From a bacterium (GTDB lineage: Bacteria > Planctomycetota > Planctomycetia > Isosphaerales > Isosphaeraceae), in contig WGMM01000029.1 in assembly GCA_016125085.1 (NCBI GenBank), positions 16,745 through 80,744 on the forward strand: a stretch of DNA of 64,000 nucleotides, read 5' to 3'. Positions 1 through 12,000 of this stretch are shown here, in pieces. Each line of letters starts with the position of its first letter. Positions within the stretch are counted from its first letter, which is position 1. The notes beneath the pieces are model-generated. The model was not told where the DNA came from and did not search any database. It saw nothing but the letters and a program-made list of their open reading frames with translations. The position numbers and the translations under genes are program-made.

Positions 1-3000
1 AGGTGCCGCTGGACGGCAGGCTAAGCTGTAGATTCGCGTTCGTGCTGACCACCTGCGAGCCGGTGGCGGCCAGGTCGAGCTTGATTCCGCCGCCCTGGAA
101 GTTCGAAAAGTCGAGCGTGTCGCCCGTCACGCCGGTCGGCACGTTCAGGACGATGCTGCCGAACTCGATCCCCGAGGATCCGCCGACGAAGAAGAACGTG
201 TCGTCCGGGCCGTTGCCGCTGAACGTCCCGGTGAGTGAGGCGGGAATCGCAGTCCCGGCCGGGAGACCCAACAGGCCGGAGTCTTCGATCACGAACGTGT
301 TTCCGCCATCCGATCCCGTGACCGTGAAATTGGCTAGCAAGCCGCCGATCAAGGTGTTATTCGACCCATGGGCCGTGACGTTCACGCGGAAGGCCGAGGC
401 CGCGAGGCCGCTGGCGATCCCGTTCGTCACCATCGCCAGTTGGCTCGAATCGATCGACTCGATGAAGAGGCTGTCGGTCCCGATGTCGAACGTCGAGAGT
501 GGCCCGCCCGTCGCCTGGTTGCCGCTCCCCGGCAGCGTGACGTTGAGCCGGAAGTTGCTCAGCAGCGATCCGGTAAGGATACGTGCGGCACCGGTGGCAC
601 CCTCGGTGTGGAGGAACTGCTCCAGGATCGCCGGGTTCGTCTGGAGGAACTGCTGGAGCAGCGAGGGTTCGGCGGCGAGGAACTGACTGAGCAATGCCGG
701 ATTGTTCAGGAGGAACATCTGAAGCACGGCGGGATTGGCGGTCAGGTACTGCGAGAGCGAGGTCGGGGAACTCTGCAGGTAATCGAGCAGAGCGGACGGA
801 TTCTCCTCGAGATAAGTCTGCAGAGCCGCGGCATTGCTGACCAGGTACTGGGACAGAGCTGCCGGATTGCCGGCGAGATACTGCTGAAGCAGCGTGCTGT
901 CGATCGCAAGGAACTGTTGAAGGACGCTCGGATTGGCCGTGAGGTAGGTCTGGAGAGCCGCGGGGTTGGCCGTCAGATACTGCTGCAGTCTGGCGGGGTT
1001 CGCCATGACGTACTGAATCAGGATCGCCGGGTTGTCCGTCAGGAAACTCGACAACGCGGCCGGGTTGGCCCTGATGTACTGGGCGAGGGCCGTCGAGGCG
1101 CTCGAAAGGTATTGCGCCAGAGCCGTGGGGCTGCTCGCCAGGTATAGCTGCAGCAGGTTGTTCGAGGTGCCCTGCCACGCGATGTATGCCTGCAAGTCGC
1201 TGGGGTCGGCGGTCAGGTAAGCCAGAAGGCCAACGGATCCGCCGCTTTGCCATGCCGCATTGGCTTTGCCGTTGCCGCTGGTGGTGTCCCAACTCAGGAA
1301 CGCGTTCAAGAGGCTGCTGTTCGACGTCAGATAGGCGCTCATGCCCGCGACGTTGGCTGCGAGGTAAGCCTGTTGCGAGGCCGGCGAACTGGCGAGGTAA
1401 ACCGCCACGATGCCGCTGTTGCCGGTCAGGTATGTCTGGAGCGAAGCCGGGTTGCTCAGCAGATACTGCTGGAGAATCGCCGGGTTACTTGCCACGTAAA
1501 CCTGCATGCTTGAAGGGTTGGTCGCCAGGTAGGCCGCGAGAGTCCCCGCGCCGTTCGCGGCGACCGCCGCGGGATCGCCCGTGAATGCACTGCTGGCCAG
1601 ATAGGCGCTCAGCAGAGTGCTGTTGCTCGTCAGATAGGCGCTGAAGCCCGCGGCATCGGCCGCCAGATAGGCCTGCAGGCCCACCGGGTTGCTGACGATG
1701 TACTGGGCGATCGCCGTGGCGTTCTGACTGAGATAGCTCTGCAGGGCCGATGCATTCGCTTGGAGATATTGGGCGAGAGAGGCCGGGCTCGAGGCCAGGT
1801 AAGCCCCGAGAACGTTCGGATTTCCCGTGAGGAAAGAACTGAGCAGCGTCGGATTCTGCCGGAGATAAGCCTGCAGCGCGGCGCCGCCGTTCGGGGCATT
1901 CGGATTCGCCTGCAGGAACGCGGCAAGGGCCGTGCTGTTCGTGGCGATGTAGGCGCCGATGCCGCCGGAGTCGGTGTTGAGGAAGGCCGCCAGAGCCGTC
2001 GAATTGCTGGCGATGTAAGACGCGACCGATGCCCCGTTCTGGCGCAGGAATGACTGCACAGCAGCTGGGCCGCTTGCGAGGTACACCGCGATGCCGGTCG
2101 GGTTCGACGCGAGGTAAGCCTGCAACGCCGTGGAGTTGTTCGCGATGTACTGCGCGATGACCGCGGGGGCTTGTGCCAGGTACGCCGCGAGTCCCGCGGG
2201 GTTCGACGCGAAGTACGACTGAAGAGCGGCGGGGCTCGAAGCCAGGTAGGTTTGGAGAGTGGCTGGATTGATCCCGAGATAGCGGCTCAGAAGAGCGGGA
2301 TTCGCCTGAAGATACGACTGAAGCGCCGCCTGGCCTGCGGCGTCTCCGCTGCCGTAGGCCGCCTGCGCGGCGTCGTTGCCTGCGATGAAGACGCTCGCCA
2401 TGGCCGAGTTCGCAGCGATGTACGCGCTGATCCCGGCCGAGTCTGCCGCCAGGAATGCCGAGATCGCCGTCGGATTGCCTGCGAGCCAGGCCGCAATGGC
2501 CGCGGAGTTTTGCCGGAGGAACGCCGCCTGCGCCGAGGCATTGCCGGACAGGTACTGCACCACCGCGGCGCTGTTCTGTCGAAGATAGCCCTGGAGTGCG
2601 GCGGGCGAGTTCGAAAGATATTGCTGCAGGACCGCTGGGCTGCTGCTGAGGTATCGCTGCAGAGCCGCCGGATTCGAAGCGAGATACGTCTGAAGTGCCG
2701 CGCTGTTGGCGGTCAGATAGGTCTGGAGAGCGGTCGGATTCGCGGCGATGTATTGCTCAATTATCGTCGCATTCGTCGAGAGATACTGCTGAAGTGCCGA
2801 CGGGTTGCTTGTCACGTACGTCTGCAGAGCGGCGGCGTTCGTCACGAGATAAGTCTGAAGCGTGGCCGGGTTGCTGGTCAAGTATTGTTGCAAGGCCGTG
2901 GAATAACTGGCGAGGTAACCCGAAAGCCCCGTCGGGTTCGCGGCGAGGTATTGCTGGAGCCCGGTCGGGGCACTCACCAGGTACTGCTGGAGTATCGAAG

Positions 3001-6000
3001 GATTGCTCGCGATGAACAGCTGAAGCGAGGTTGCGTTCACCTGCAGGAAAGCGAAGAGCCCGGTGGATCCGCCCTCGAGATAAGCCTGTGAAGCACTCGG
3101 GTTCGCTCTCAGATAGGCGCTCGTGGCCGTCGGGTTCGAGACGATGTAGGAGCTGACTCCGTCCGAGTCCGCGGCGAGGTAAGTGAGCGCGTTGATCGGA
3201 TCGCCCACGATGTACGCGGCGATCGAGGCCGCATTCTGCGTGATGTAGGATTGCAGCGCCGAAGAGTTGGCCACCAGGTAGGATTGAAGGGCCGACGGAC
3301 TGGAAGCCAGGTAGGCGCCCAGGCCACCCGGGGCTGCATCCACGAATGCCGCAAGGGCATTGCCGTCTCCCATCAGGAAGGCCTGAAGCGAGGCGATGCC
3401 GCCGTTGAGATACGCCGATCGCGCGGCCGGGTTGGTTGCGAGGAACGCGTCGATCGTGCTCTGCGGTGAAGCCGAAACGAGGTAGGCACTCAAACCTGCC
3501 GGGTCAGCCGAGAGGAAGGCCTGCCGCGCGGCCGGAGTGCTGGCGAGATACGCGGAGACTCCCGCGCTGCCTTGCTGGAGGAAGGCCTGCCGCGCGGCGG
3601 TGTTGCTGGCGATGTACTGAGAGACGGCCCTCGCGTTGGCTTGCAGATAAGCCGAAAGCGCGCTCGGATTCGCGGTGAGGTACGACTGCAGCGAAGTTGA
3701 GTTTCCGGCCAGGTACGTCTGGAGTGTCGCCGGATTGCTCGTGAGGAAGGAGCTGAGCAGAGTGGGGTTCTGCCGGAGATAGGCCTGAAGCTCGGCCCCG
3801 CCGTTCGGGGCATTCGGATTTGCCTGCAGGAATGCTGCGAGGGCCGTGCTGTTCGAGGCGATGTACGCGCTGATGCCGCCTGAGTCGGCATTGAGGAAGG
3901 CCGCCAGAGCCGTCGAATTGCTGGCGATGTAAGACGCGACGGCCGCCCCGTTTTGGCGCAGGAACGACTGCTGAGCGTCCGGTTCCCCGGCGATGAACGC
4001 GGTCACGGCCGCGGAGTTGGCAGTGAGGTAAGCGGATGCCGCGGCGGTGTTGGTCGCCAGGTATTGCGCCACGGCGGCCGAGTTTCCTGCCAGGAATGCC
4101 TGCGCCGCGGCGCTGTTGAGTACGAGATACTGAGAGATACTGGCAGGATTGCCGCGGAGGAACGCCGCCAGGCTCAAGGCGTCGCCAGCCAGGAATTTGG
4201 CGATCCCCGCCGCATTCGCCTGCAGGAATGCCTGCTGAGCGATGGGCACGCTGTTGAGATAACTCTGCGCCTGGGGCCCGGTCGTGGCCGCATAGGCGTT
4301 GACGATCGCGGTGATGGCGGAATCGGAGCTTTGGATTACCGTATTGCCGCCGCTGTAGGCCTGGACGACTGCCCCCGCGGCGCCGAAGACCTTGTTGCCG
4401 CTCCCGACGATCAGGACATGCGTACCTGGAACGGCCGTGCCGCCGCTCACCACCGCGGGTGCGGCATACAGGGTCACCCCGCTGCCCACGACCGCTTTCT
4501 GGAACCGGCCGCCGAGCACGAGCGTGGCAAGCGACCCCGTGACGAGCAGGCTCGGGTCAAGCAGCGACTTCGGGTCGGTGCTCCCCGGAAAGCTCAGCGG
4601 GGTTTGCACGACGTTCGGCGTGTTCAGGTTCACCACGAAGGTGTCGCTCGTGATCTTCCCGCCGGTCGCCGTCGGTACGGACACCGGTTTGGTGTTGAGT
4701 GCGATGAACGTGTTGTCTGTGCCCGCGGGGTTCAGAGTCAGGGCACCCAGGAAGCCGTTGACGATATTCGTATTGCTCGCGGCACCGCCGTTGACGACCA
4801 GGTTCGCGAACCGCGCGCTCAAAGGTATGATCGCCGTGAAGTTCTGATTCGGGCCGGTCACGGCCGATTCGTCAGGGTTACTGTTGATGGTGACCGTCGC
4901 ACCGACGGGCAGGCTCTCCAGATTCAGCCTCGCGGCGTTCGACGGAACCGTCACGGTGGCCTGGGGTATGGTCCGCTGGGTCGCGTCGCCGGACGTGGTC
5001 GCGGCGGGAGCTGGCGGAAGAAGGATCAGCGTGTTGGCGTTGTAAAGGAAGCTGAGGCCGGCCGGCAGCGACTTGGATCCGAAGTCACCGGCGATCGAAC
5101 CGAACGACAGCGGCACGAACGCGTTATCGTCGCCTGGGGCGAAACCCGCGGCCAACGCCACGTTGAGCGTGCCGTTCAGCGAGGCGGCTCCGTTCACGTA
5201 AAGCTGGCCGTAGTCGATGCCACCGACCGTGCCTGCCAGGGATATGTCGATCGTTCCGGTCACTGTCTGGGTGAAGCTCCCGCCAATGACGATCGATCCC
5301 GTCGGGTTGACCCGGGCGGAGCTGGTCACATTTCCCCGGATCAGGCCGGAACCGGTCAGCGATCCACCGTTGACGATGACTGAGCCGGTGCCGGTCATGA
5401 TCAAGGTCGTGAGGAAAGTGGCCGTCTCCTGCCCGCTCATGGCATCGAAAGCGAATTTGCCGGCCGATGTGTCGACTGTCGCGCCGCTGCCGACGCTCAA
5501 ACTGTCGATGGTCTCGGTCGTGTTCCCGGCGTGCGTCACCGTGACACCGTTCGGGATCACGACTTTGGGGATCACAAGCGGGTTCTGGCCGGGCACCGCG
5601 TTCCCGACCCAGTTGCTCGCGGTGTCCCAGTCGTTGTTGCCAGCATTGCCCGTCCAGTACACCACGGGGTGGGTGCTCGTGCCGATGAAGTCCGAGGGGA
5701 ACCAGCCCGCGCTGCCGTCGGCTACACCGATCAGGTTGCGGCCCAGGGAGGTAATGAACTTGTCCTGGACGTCGGGTGCGGTTCCCGGGTCAAATCCGCC
5801 GCCGCCGACCGCCGTGTTCCCGGCGACGACCGAGTTGTTCAGGGTCTGCGAGCCGCGGTTATCGAAAAGGCCGCCGCCGGTTGCGGCGGAGTTCCCGGTG
5901 ACGAAACTATTGGTCAGGAAGGACCGGCTGTCGTTATACATGCCGCCGCCGTTGATGCCGGCGGTGTTTTCGCTGATGGTACAGGTCGTCAGCCGGATGA

Positions 6001-9000
6001 GCCGCCTGTTGAAGATGCCGCCGCCGTCGTTGATGGCGGAGTTCCCCTTCACGGTGGTGTTGGTCAATGTCATGCGTGAGAAATTGTAAATGCCGCCGCC
6101 GTCCAGGGTGGAGTTCCCGACGATGGTGCAGTCCGTAAAAAACTCGAGCCCCGCGCGGTACGAGTAAACACCGCCGCCCTTGTTTTTGGCGGTGTTGCCG
6201 CTGATGGTGCAGCTGTTCAGCGTGGTCACGTCGGCGTCATCGTAGCCGAATTGTTCGTCGAACACATACAAACCGCCGCCTTTGTCGCCGCTGGAGTTTC
6301 CGCTGATGGTGCAGCCGGTCATCGTCAGCGTGCCGTACTGTTTGAGGATGCCACCGGCGTTCCCGGCAGCGGTGTTGCCGCTGACGGTGCTGTCTGTCAG
6401 TGTCGACGTGCCCCGGAAGTTGCCGAAACCGCCGACCTCCGAGGTGGACCTGTTACCGCTGATGGTGCAGTCGATCAGCACGGCCGTCCCGAAGTAGTTC
6501 CCCATGCCCCCGACGAAGCCGGCGGTGTTTCCGCTGATGGTGCAATTGGTCAGGGTGATCGTGCCGCCGGAGTTCGAGACTCCGCCCGAGCCGGAGGCGG
6601 AATTGCCGCTGATGGTGCAGTCAGTCAGTGTTGCTGTGCCCCTGTTGTACAGGCCGCCGCCATTCCCGGTGGTCGAACCACCCGAGATGGTCAGGCCGCT
6701 GAACAAAGCCGTCACCCCTTCATCGACCTGGAACACCCGGCTCCGCCCGCCGCCGCTGACCGTCACGCCGCCCGCCGGGCCTGTGATCGTCTCCGTCCCG
6801 GCCTGGTTGCTCAGCTCGATTTGGCCGAGCGTCAACGAGATCGTCTGACCGCCGGTGAAAACCGCCGGGTCGAAGGTGATCGTCTGGCCTGGGACCAGGT
6901 TGGCGCTCTGGATCGCCTCGCGCAGGCTGGTCGTCCCTGAATAGACACTGGATGTGTCGGCGGTCGTGTTGACCACGAAGCTCGGGGCGATCACCGTCAA
7001 GGTGACCTCCGGGCTGGTGATGCCCGCCATGGATGCAGTGATCGTGCTCGTGCCCAGGTCCAATCCGGTGACGGTAAAGCCGCTGAACGCCGCGACCGAA
7101 GGCGTGCCTGACGCCCATTCCGCTGATTTGGTGATGTCCTGAGTCGAGCCGTCCGAGAACGTGCCCGTGGCGGTGAGTTGCGCCGCCACACCGAGTGCGA
7201 GCAAGGGTTTGCCGGGGGACAGCGCGATCGACATAAGGGCGAAGTTCGTGAGGCTGAAGTCGGCCGAATCCGCGGTTCCACGGAAGGTCGCCGAGACGAT
7301 GTAGCTGCCGCCGACGAAGTTGGACGCGGCCACGACGCTCGCATTGCCGTCGCCGCCGATGACCGCCGGGCTCCCCGTGAGGGTCGCCGATGGACCCTCG
7401 GTCGGCGCGGTGAAAGTCACCAGCCCGCCCGCGACCGGTTCGCTCGGGTTCGATGCCGTGACCGTGACGACGAGGGCGGCGGAAAACACGCCACTGGCCG
7501 TCTGGCCGCTCCCCGAGGCGATGGCGAGGGCGAAACCGCTCGACTCGAAAGCGCCGATGTCCACCACGCCGCTCCTGATCGAGCCACGCTGGTCGGTCGC
7601 GGGTACGCTCGCTCCCCCGGCTCCGGCGTCAAGCGCCGGACTGCCGGGCAAAAGGGGCATCGTCTGCGTCAAACCGCCGTAATAGCCCAGTGGCGCCAGC
7701 ATCGCCTTCAGCGGCACGCTGCTTGATCCTCTCAAGTCAGACCCGACAAATCCGGAGCCGCCATTGGCGACGCCGATCAGGTTGTAGCCGGCGGAGACGA
7801 TGCGGCCAGAGAGATCGCTTGTGAACTGAGAGCCAGGTCTCACGTTGCCCGCGACGATAGTGTTGGTCAGCTTGGTCGTGCCGTTCGATATCCCGCCGCC
7901 GCCGCTACTAAGGCCCGTGTTGCCGCTCACGGTGCTGTTGGTCAACGTGAGCGTGCCGGCGCCCTGGTTGAAAAATCCGCCGCCATACTTGGCGGAGTTG
8001 CCGCTGATGGTGCTGTTCGTGAGCGTGAGCGTGGCCAGGGGGTAGTTGGCCAGGCCGCCCCCGAGGCCCTTGGCGGAGTTGCCGCTGACGGTGCAGTTCG
8101 TCAGAGCGGCGGAACCGACGTTGTACAGGCCGCCGCCGTTGTCGTTGACGTAGCGAGTGTTGCGATTGTTGAAGCCGGCGCCGTCCGCGGCGTTGCCACT
8201 GATAGTGCAGTCGGTCAGAGTGGCTGTGCCGAGGTTGTACAATCCGCCGCCGGCCCTGTCGCCCTTGCCGGAGTTGCCGCTGACGGTGCTGCCGGTCAGG
8301 ATGACGGTGCCGACGTTGAACAACCCACCGCCACTCGAGGCGGAGTTGCCGCTGACGGTGCAGTTCGTCAGCGTGGCCGTACCGATGACGTACAGGCCGC
8401 CGCCGTTTCCGGAAGTCGTACCGCCCGAGATGGTCAGACCACTGAGGGAGGCCGTCGCCCCTTTCTCGACCTGGAACACCCGGATCAGCCCGCCGCCGCT
8501 GACGGTCACGCCCGCCGCGGGGCCAGTGATGGTGACAGCCTCCGTTGTGTTGAGCAACTCGAGCGGGGTTCCGGTCAGGGTGATCGTCTGCGCTGAGGCG
8601 AAGACGATCGGATCGAAGGTGATGTTCGACATTCCCAGGGAATCGTAATTGGCGAACCCGACCGCCTCGCGCAGGCTCAGGAGGCCCGCGCCCGGGGCCA
8701 GGGAGTCACTCGTCGTATTCACGACCAGAGCCGCGAATCGTGTGCCCGTGTTGGTCAGGGCGAACGAGGTGGTGGACAGACCGCCGGCGGATGCGACGAA
8801 GTCATAACTGCCGAGAGCGTTGTTGGGCGCGGCGGTGATGGTGGCCCGGCCACCGGCGATGACGGTCGACGGAACCGAGGGGACCGCCGTGGGACCGTTG
8901 AAGGGTTTACCGCCGAAAGAGATCACGCCGCCGTTGACCGGTTCAAGCGGGTTGTTGGCCGCCACCGTCACGGTTAGTGGCTTGGCGAACGCCGAACCGA

Positions 9001-12000
9001 TGTTCGCATTTTGCTGGCTGCCGGCGGAGACCGTGAGGGTGAAGCCCTCGCTCTCGAAGGCGCCGATGTCGACGCCACCCACCCGGCTTACCCCGCGCTC
9101 GTCGGTCGCGAGAACGCCCGCGACGCTGGTTCCGGCATCGATCGCCGGACTTCCGGGCAGAAGAGCCAGGGTCTGATTCGGCCCGCCGTAGTCGCCGAGG
9201 GGGACTAGCATCGGGTTCAACGGCGCGGCCTTGCTGCCTGTCAAGTCGGTCGTGGTCCAACCCGTTTTGTAGCCTACGGTCGCAATGCCGATAATGTTGT
9301 AACCGCCGCTGAGGGGGTAGCCCCTCACATCGGATTCGGCATTGGGTCTGGTGTTGGTGGTGATGTTGCCCGCGACGATCGTGTTGGTCAGCGTCATGCC
9401 GGTGGACGACGTCGGCGAGAAACTGGTGGACAGGCCGCCGCCCCCTCGACCGGCGGTGTTTCCGCTGACGGTGCAATTGGTCAGCGTGGCCTGGCCGGAG
9501 TCGGCGATGGCGCCGCCGTACCTGCCGGCGGTGTTGCCGACGACGGTGCAGTTGGTCAGGGTGGCTCTTGACCCGCCACTGTTCCAAACCCCGCCGCCGA
9601 CGCCGGAGGCCGTGTTTCCGCTGACGGTGCAGTCGGTCAGCGTGAGCGTGCCCTGGTTGTAAACGCCGCCGCCACTTACGCTGGTGTTGCCGCCCGAGAT
9701 GGTCAGCCCCGAGATCGACGCCGTAACGTTCGAGTCGACGTGGAACACTCGGCTCAACCCGCCGCCGCTGATCGTCAAGCCCGCCGCGGGGCCCGTGATC
9801 GTCATCGTCTCGGTCGTGTTGCTCAACTCCAGCTCGGCCCCGCTCAAGGTGATCGTCTGGTGTGTGCTGAAAACGGCCGGATCGAAAGTGATGCCTGAGA
9901 TGCCCGTGGAATCGAGGTCGAGTAAGGAGATGGCCTTACGCAGGCTCATGAGGCCCGAGGTCGGAGTGAGGGCGTCTTGCGTCGTATTCACGACGAGTTT
10001 TGTGAAGGGCGTGCCGGTATTGGTCAGAGCGAACGACACCGGGGGCGAACCCGTGAGTGATGCGACCACCGTGTAGCTGCCAAGGGCGTTGTTGGGCGCG
10101 GCAGTGACGGAAGCGAGGCCCCCCGAGATCACCGCCGAGGAGGACGAAAGATACGCCCTGGCGCCATCCACCGGGTTGACCACGAAGTCGACGGCGGCGC
10201 CGTCGACCGGCTCGACCGGGTCGTTGGCCGTCAACGTCAGGCCGAGGGCGTTGGCGAACGACTTGCCGATGTCCGCACTCTGCGGGCTGCTACCCGCAAC
10301 CGCCTTGAGAATGAACCCCTGGCTTTCGAAGGCACCGATGTCGACGGCCCCGAACCTGCGCTTCCCGCGCTCGTCGGTGGTGAGCACGCCCGCGCCGCTG
10401 GTTCCGGCGTCGATCGCCGGGCTCCCCGGCAGAAGCGCGACCGTCTGTCCCGTGGCGCCGTAGGTGCCCAGTACGGGATTGCCGCTGGCATCGGTCGGGA
10501 AGATCGAGGACAGCGAGCGTCCGACGAGATTTCCGTCGACACCGTCCGTCAGCCCGCCGGCCGTGTTCCCATCGCCGATCAGGTTGAAGGTGCCGTTGAC
10601 AGAGCCGCCGATGTCCGTGGGATCGCTCAAGCCGTAGCCGAACACGAAGTTGCCGGCGACGATGGTGTTGGTCAGCGTCGCCGTCCCGGAGTTGAACACG
10701 CCGCCGCCGAGGCTGCTTTCGCGGGCGTTACTGCCGACGAAGGTGCAGTTGGTCAGCGTGACCGTCCCTGAGTTGAACAGGCCGCCGCCGGAAAGGGCGG
10801 AGTTGCCGCTGACGGTGCAGTTGGTCAGCGCGAGCGTGCCCTGGTTGAGCAGGCCACCGCCGTCGTAATTCCCCGAATAGTTCTGCGGCGACCAGCCGTT
10901 GTAACCGGCCGAGGCGCCGCCGTAGCCCGCGTTGCCGCCGGTGATGCTCAGCCCCGAGATGGACGCCTTGACGTTCGGGTCGATCTGGAAGACACGACTC
11001 TTCCCGTCGGCGTTGACCGTGACACCCCCCGCCGGGCCCGTGATCGTCGTGGTCCCCGTCGTGTCGCTCAACTCCAGCAGTGTGCCGCCCAGGGTGATCC
11101 TCTGCGAAGTGGCGAAGACGACCGGGTCGAACGTGATCGACTGGTCCCCCTCCAGGAGGTTGGCCAGGTTGACCGCCTGGCGCAGACTGAGCCGGCCGGC
11201 GGCCGCCGGGCCGTCGACGGTCGTGTTGACGACGAGAAGTGAGCTTTGCCTCTGAAAGGCACCGATGTCGATCGGGGCGTCCAACGCGAAGCCGCGCTGA
11301 TCGGCCGTGACGCCGCTGGCGGTTCCCTTGCCGATGGCCGGACTGCCGGGCAAGAGCGGCATGGTCAGGGTCGGTCCGCCGTACGACCCCAGAACGCCGA
11401 GTCCGGGGTTTGCGACGCCGACGATGTTGCCGTTGGTCCCGTTGATTAGACCTCCCGAGCCCCCGGTACCGATCAGGTTGTGAGAACCGGTCACATTGCC
11501 CGAAATGTCGCTGGTATTGCCGGCGACGATCGAGTTGGTCAGCGTGGTCGTGCCGCCAGGGCTATATAAGCCGGCACCGGTCGCCCCGGAGTTGCCACTG
11601 AACGTGCAATTGACCAGCGTGGCATTGCCCGAGCTGTTGAAAAGGCCGCTGCCCCTGGATGGGACGACGCCGGTCGAGGGGGTTCCCTGAACGAAAAGTT
11701 CGCGGTAACCGACGTACGCATTCTGGGGCAAAGGGAAGGAGAACCGGATCGCGGCCACATGACTGGCGAGAATCCCTGTACTGCTGGTGAGAAACGCGGC
11801 CGTATCGCTGGGACTCCCGTCGAACGTGGGGGTGGATACGTCACTCAGCACCTGGAACCTGGTCGGGTCGAGCACCGTGGAATAGAGCACGGTGTAATCT
11901 TGCCGGCTGTGGCCCGAATCGCGCCAACCGGCATAGGTGTTGATGTTCGTAATGTCGTAACCCAGCGGGTTGGTGCCCGTGTCCAGGTTGTACGTGATTT

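Noticed and set aside
607-4285. Regular 33-nt periodicity that could be mistaken for a CRISPR array or satellite.
   Set aside because: There is no alternation of conserved repeat and unique spacer. The whole region is one open reading frame encoding an 11-residue protein repeat, with variation in third positions.
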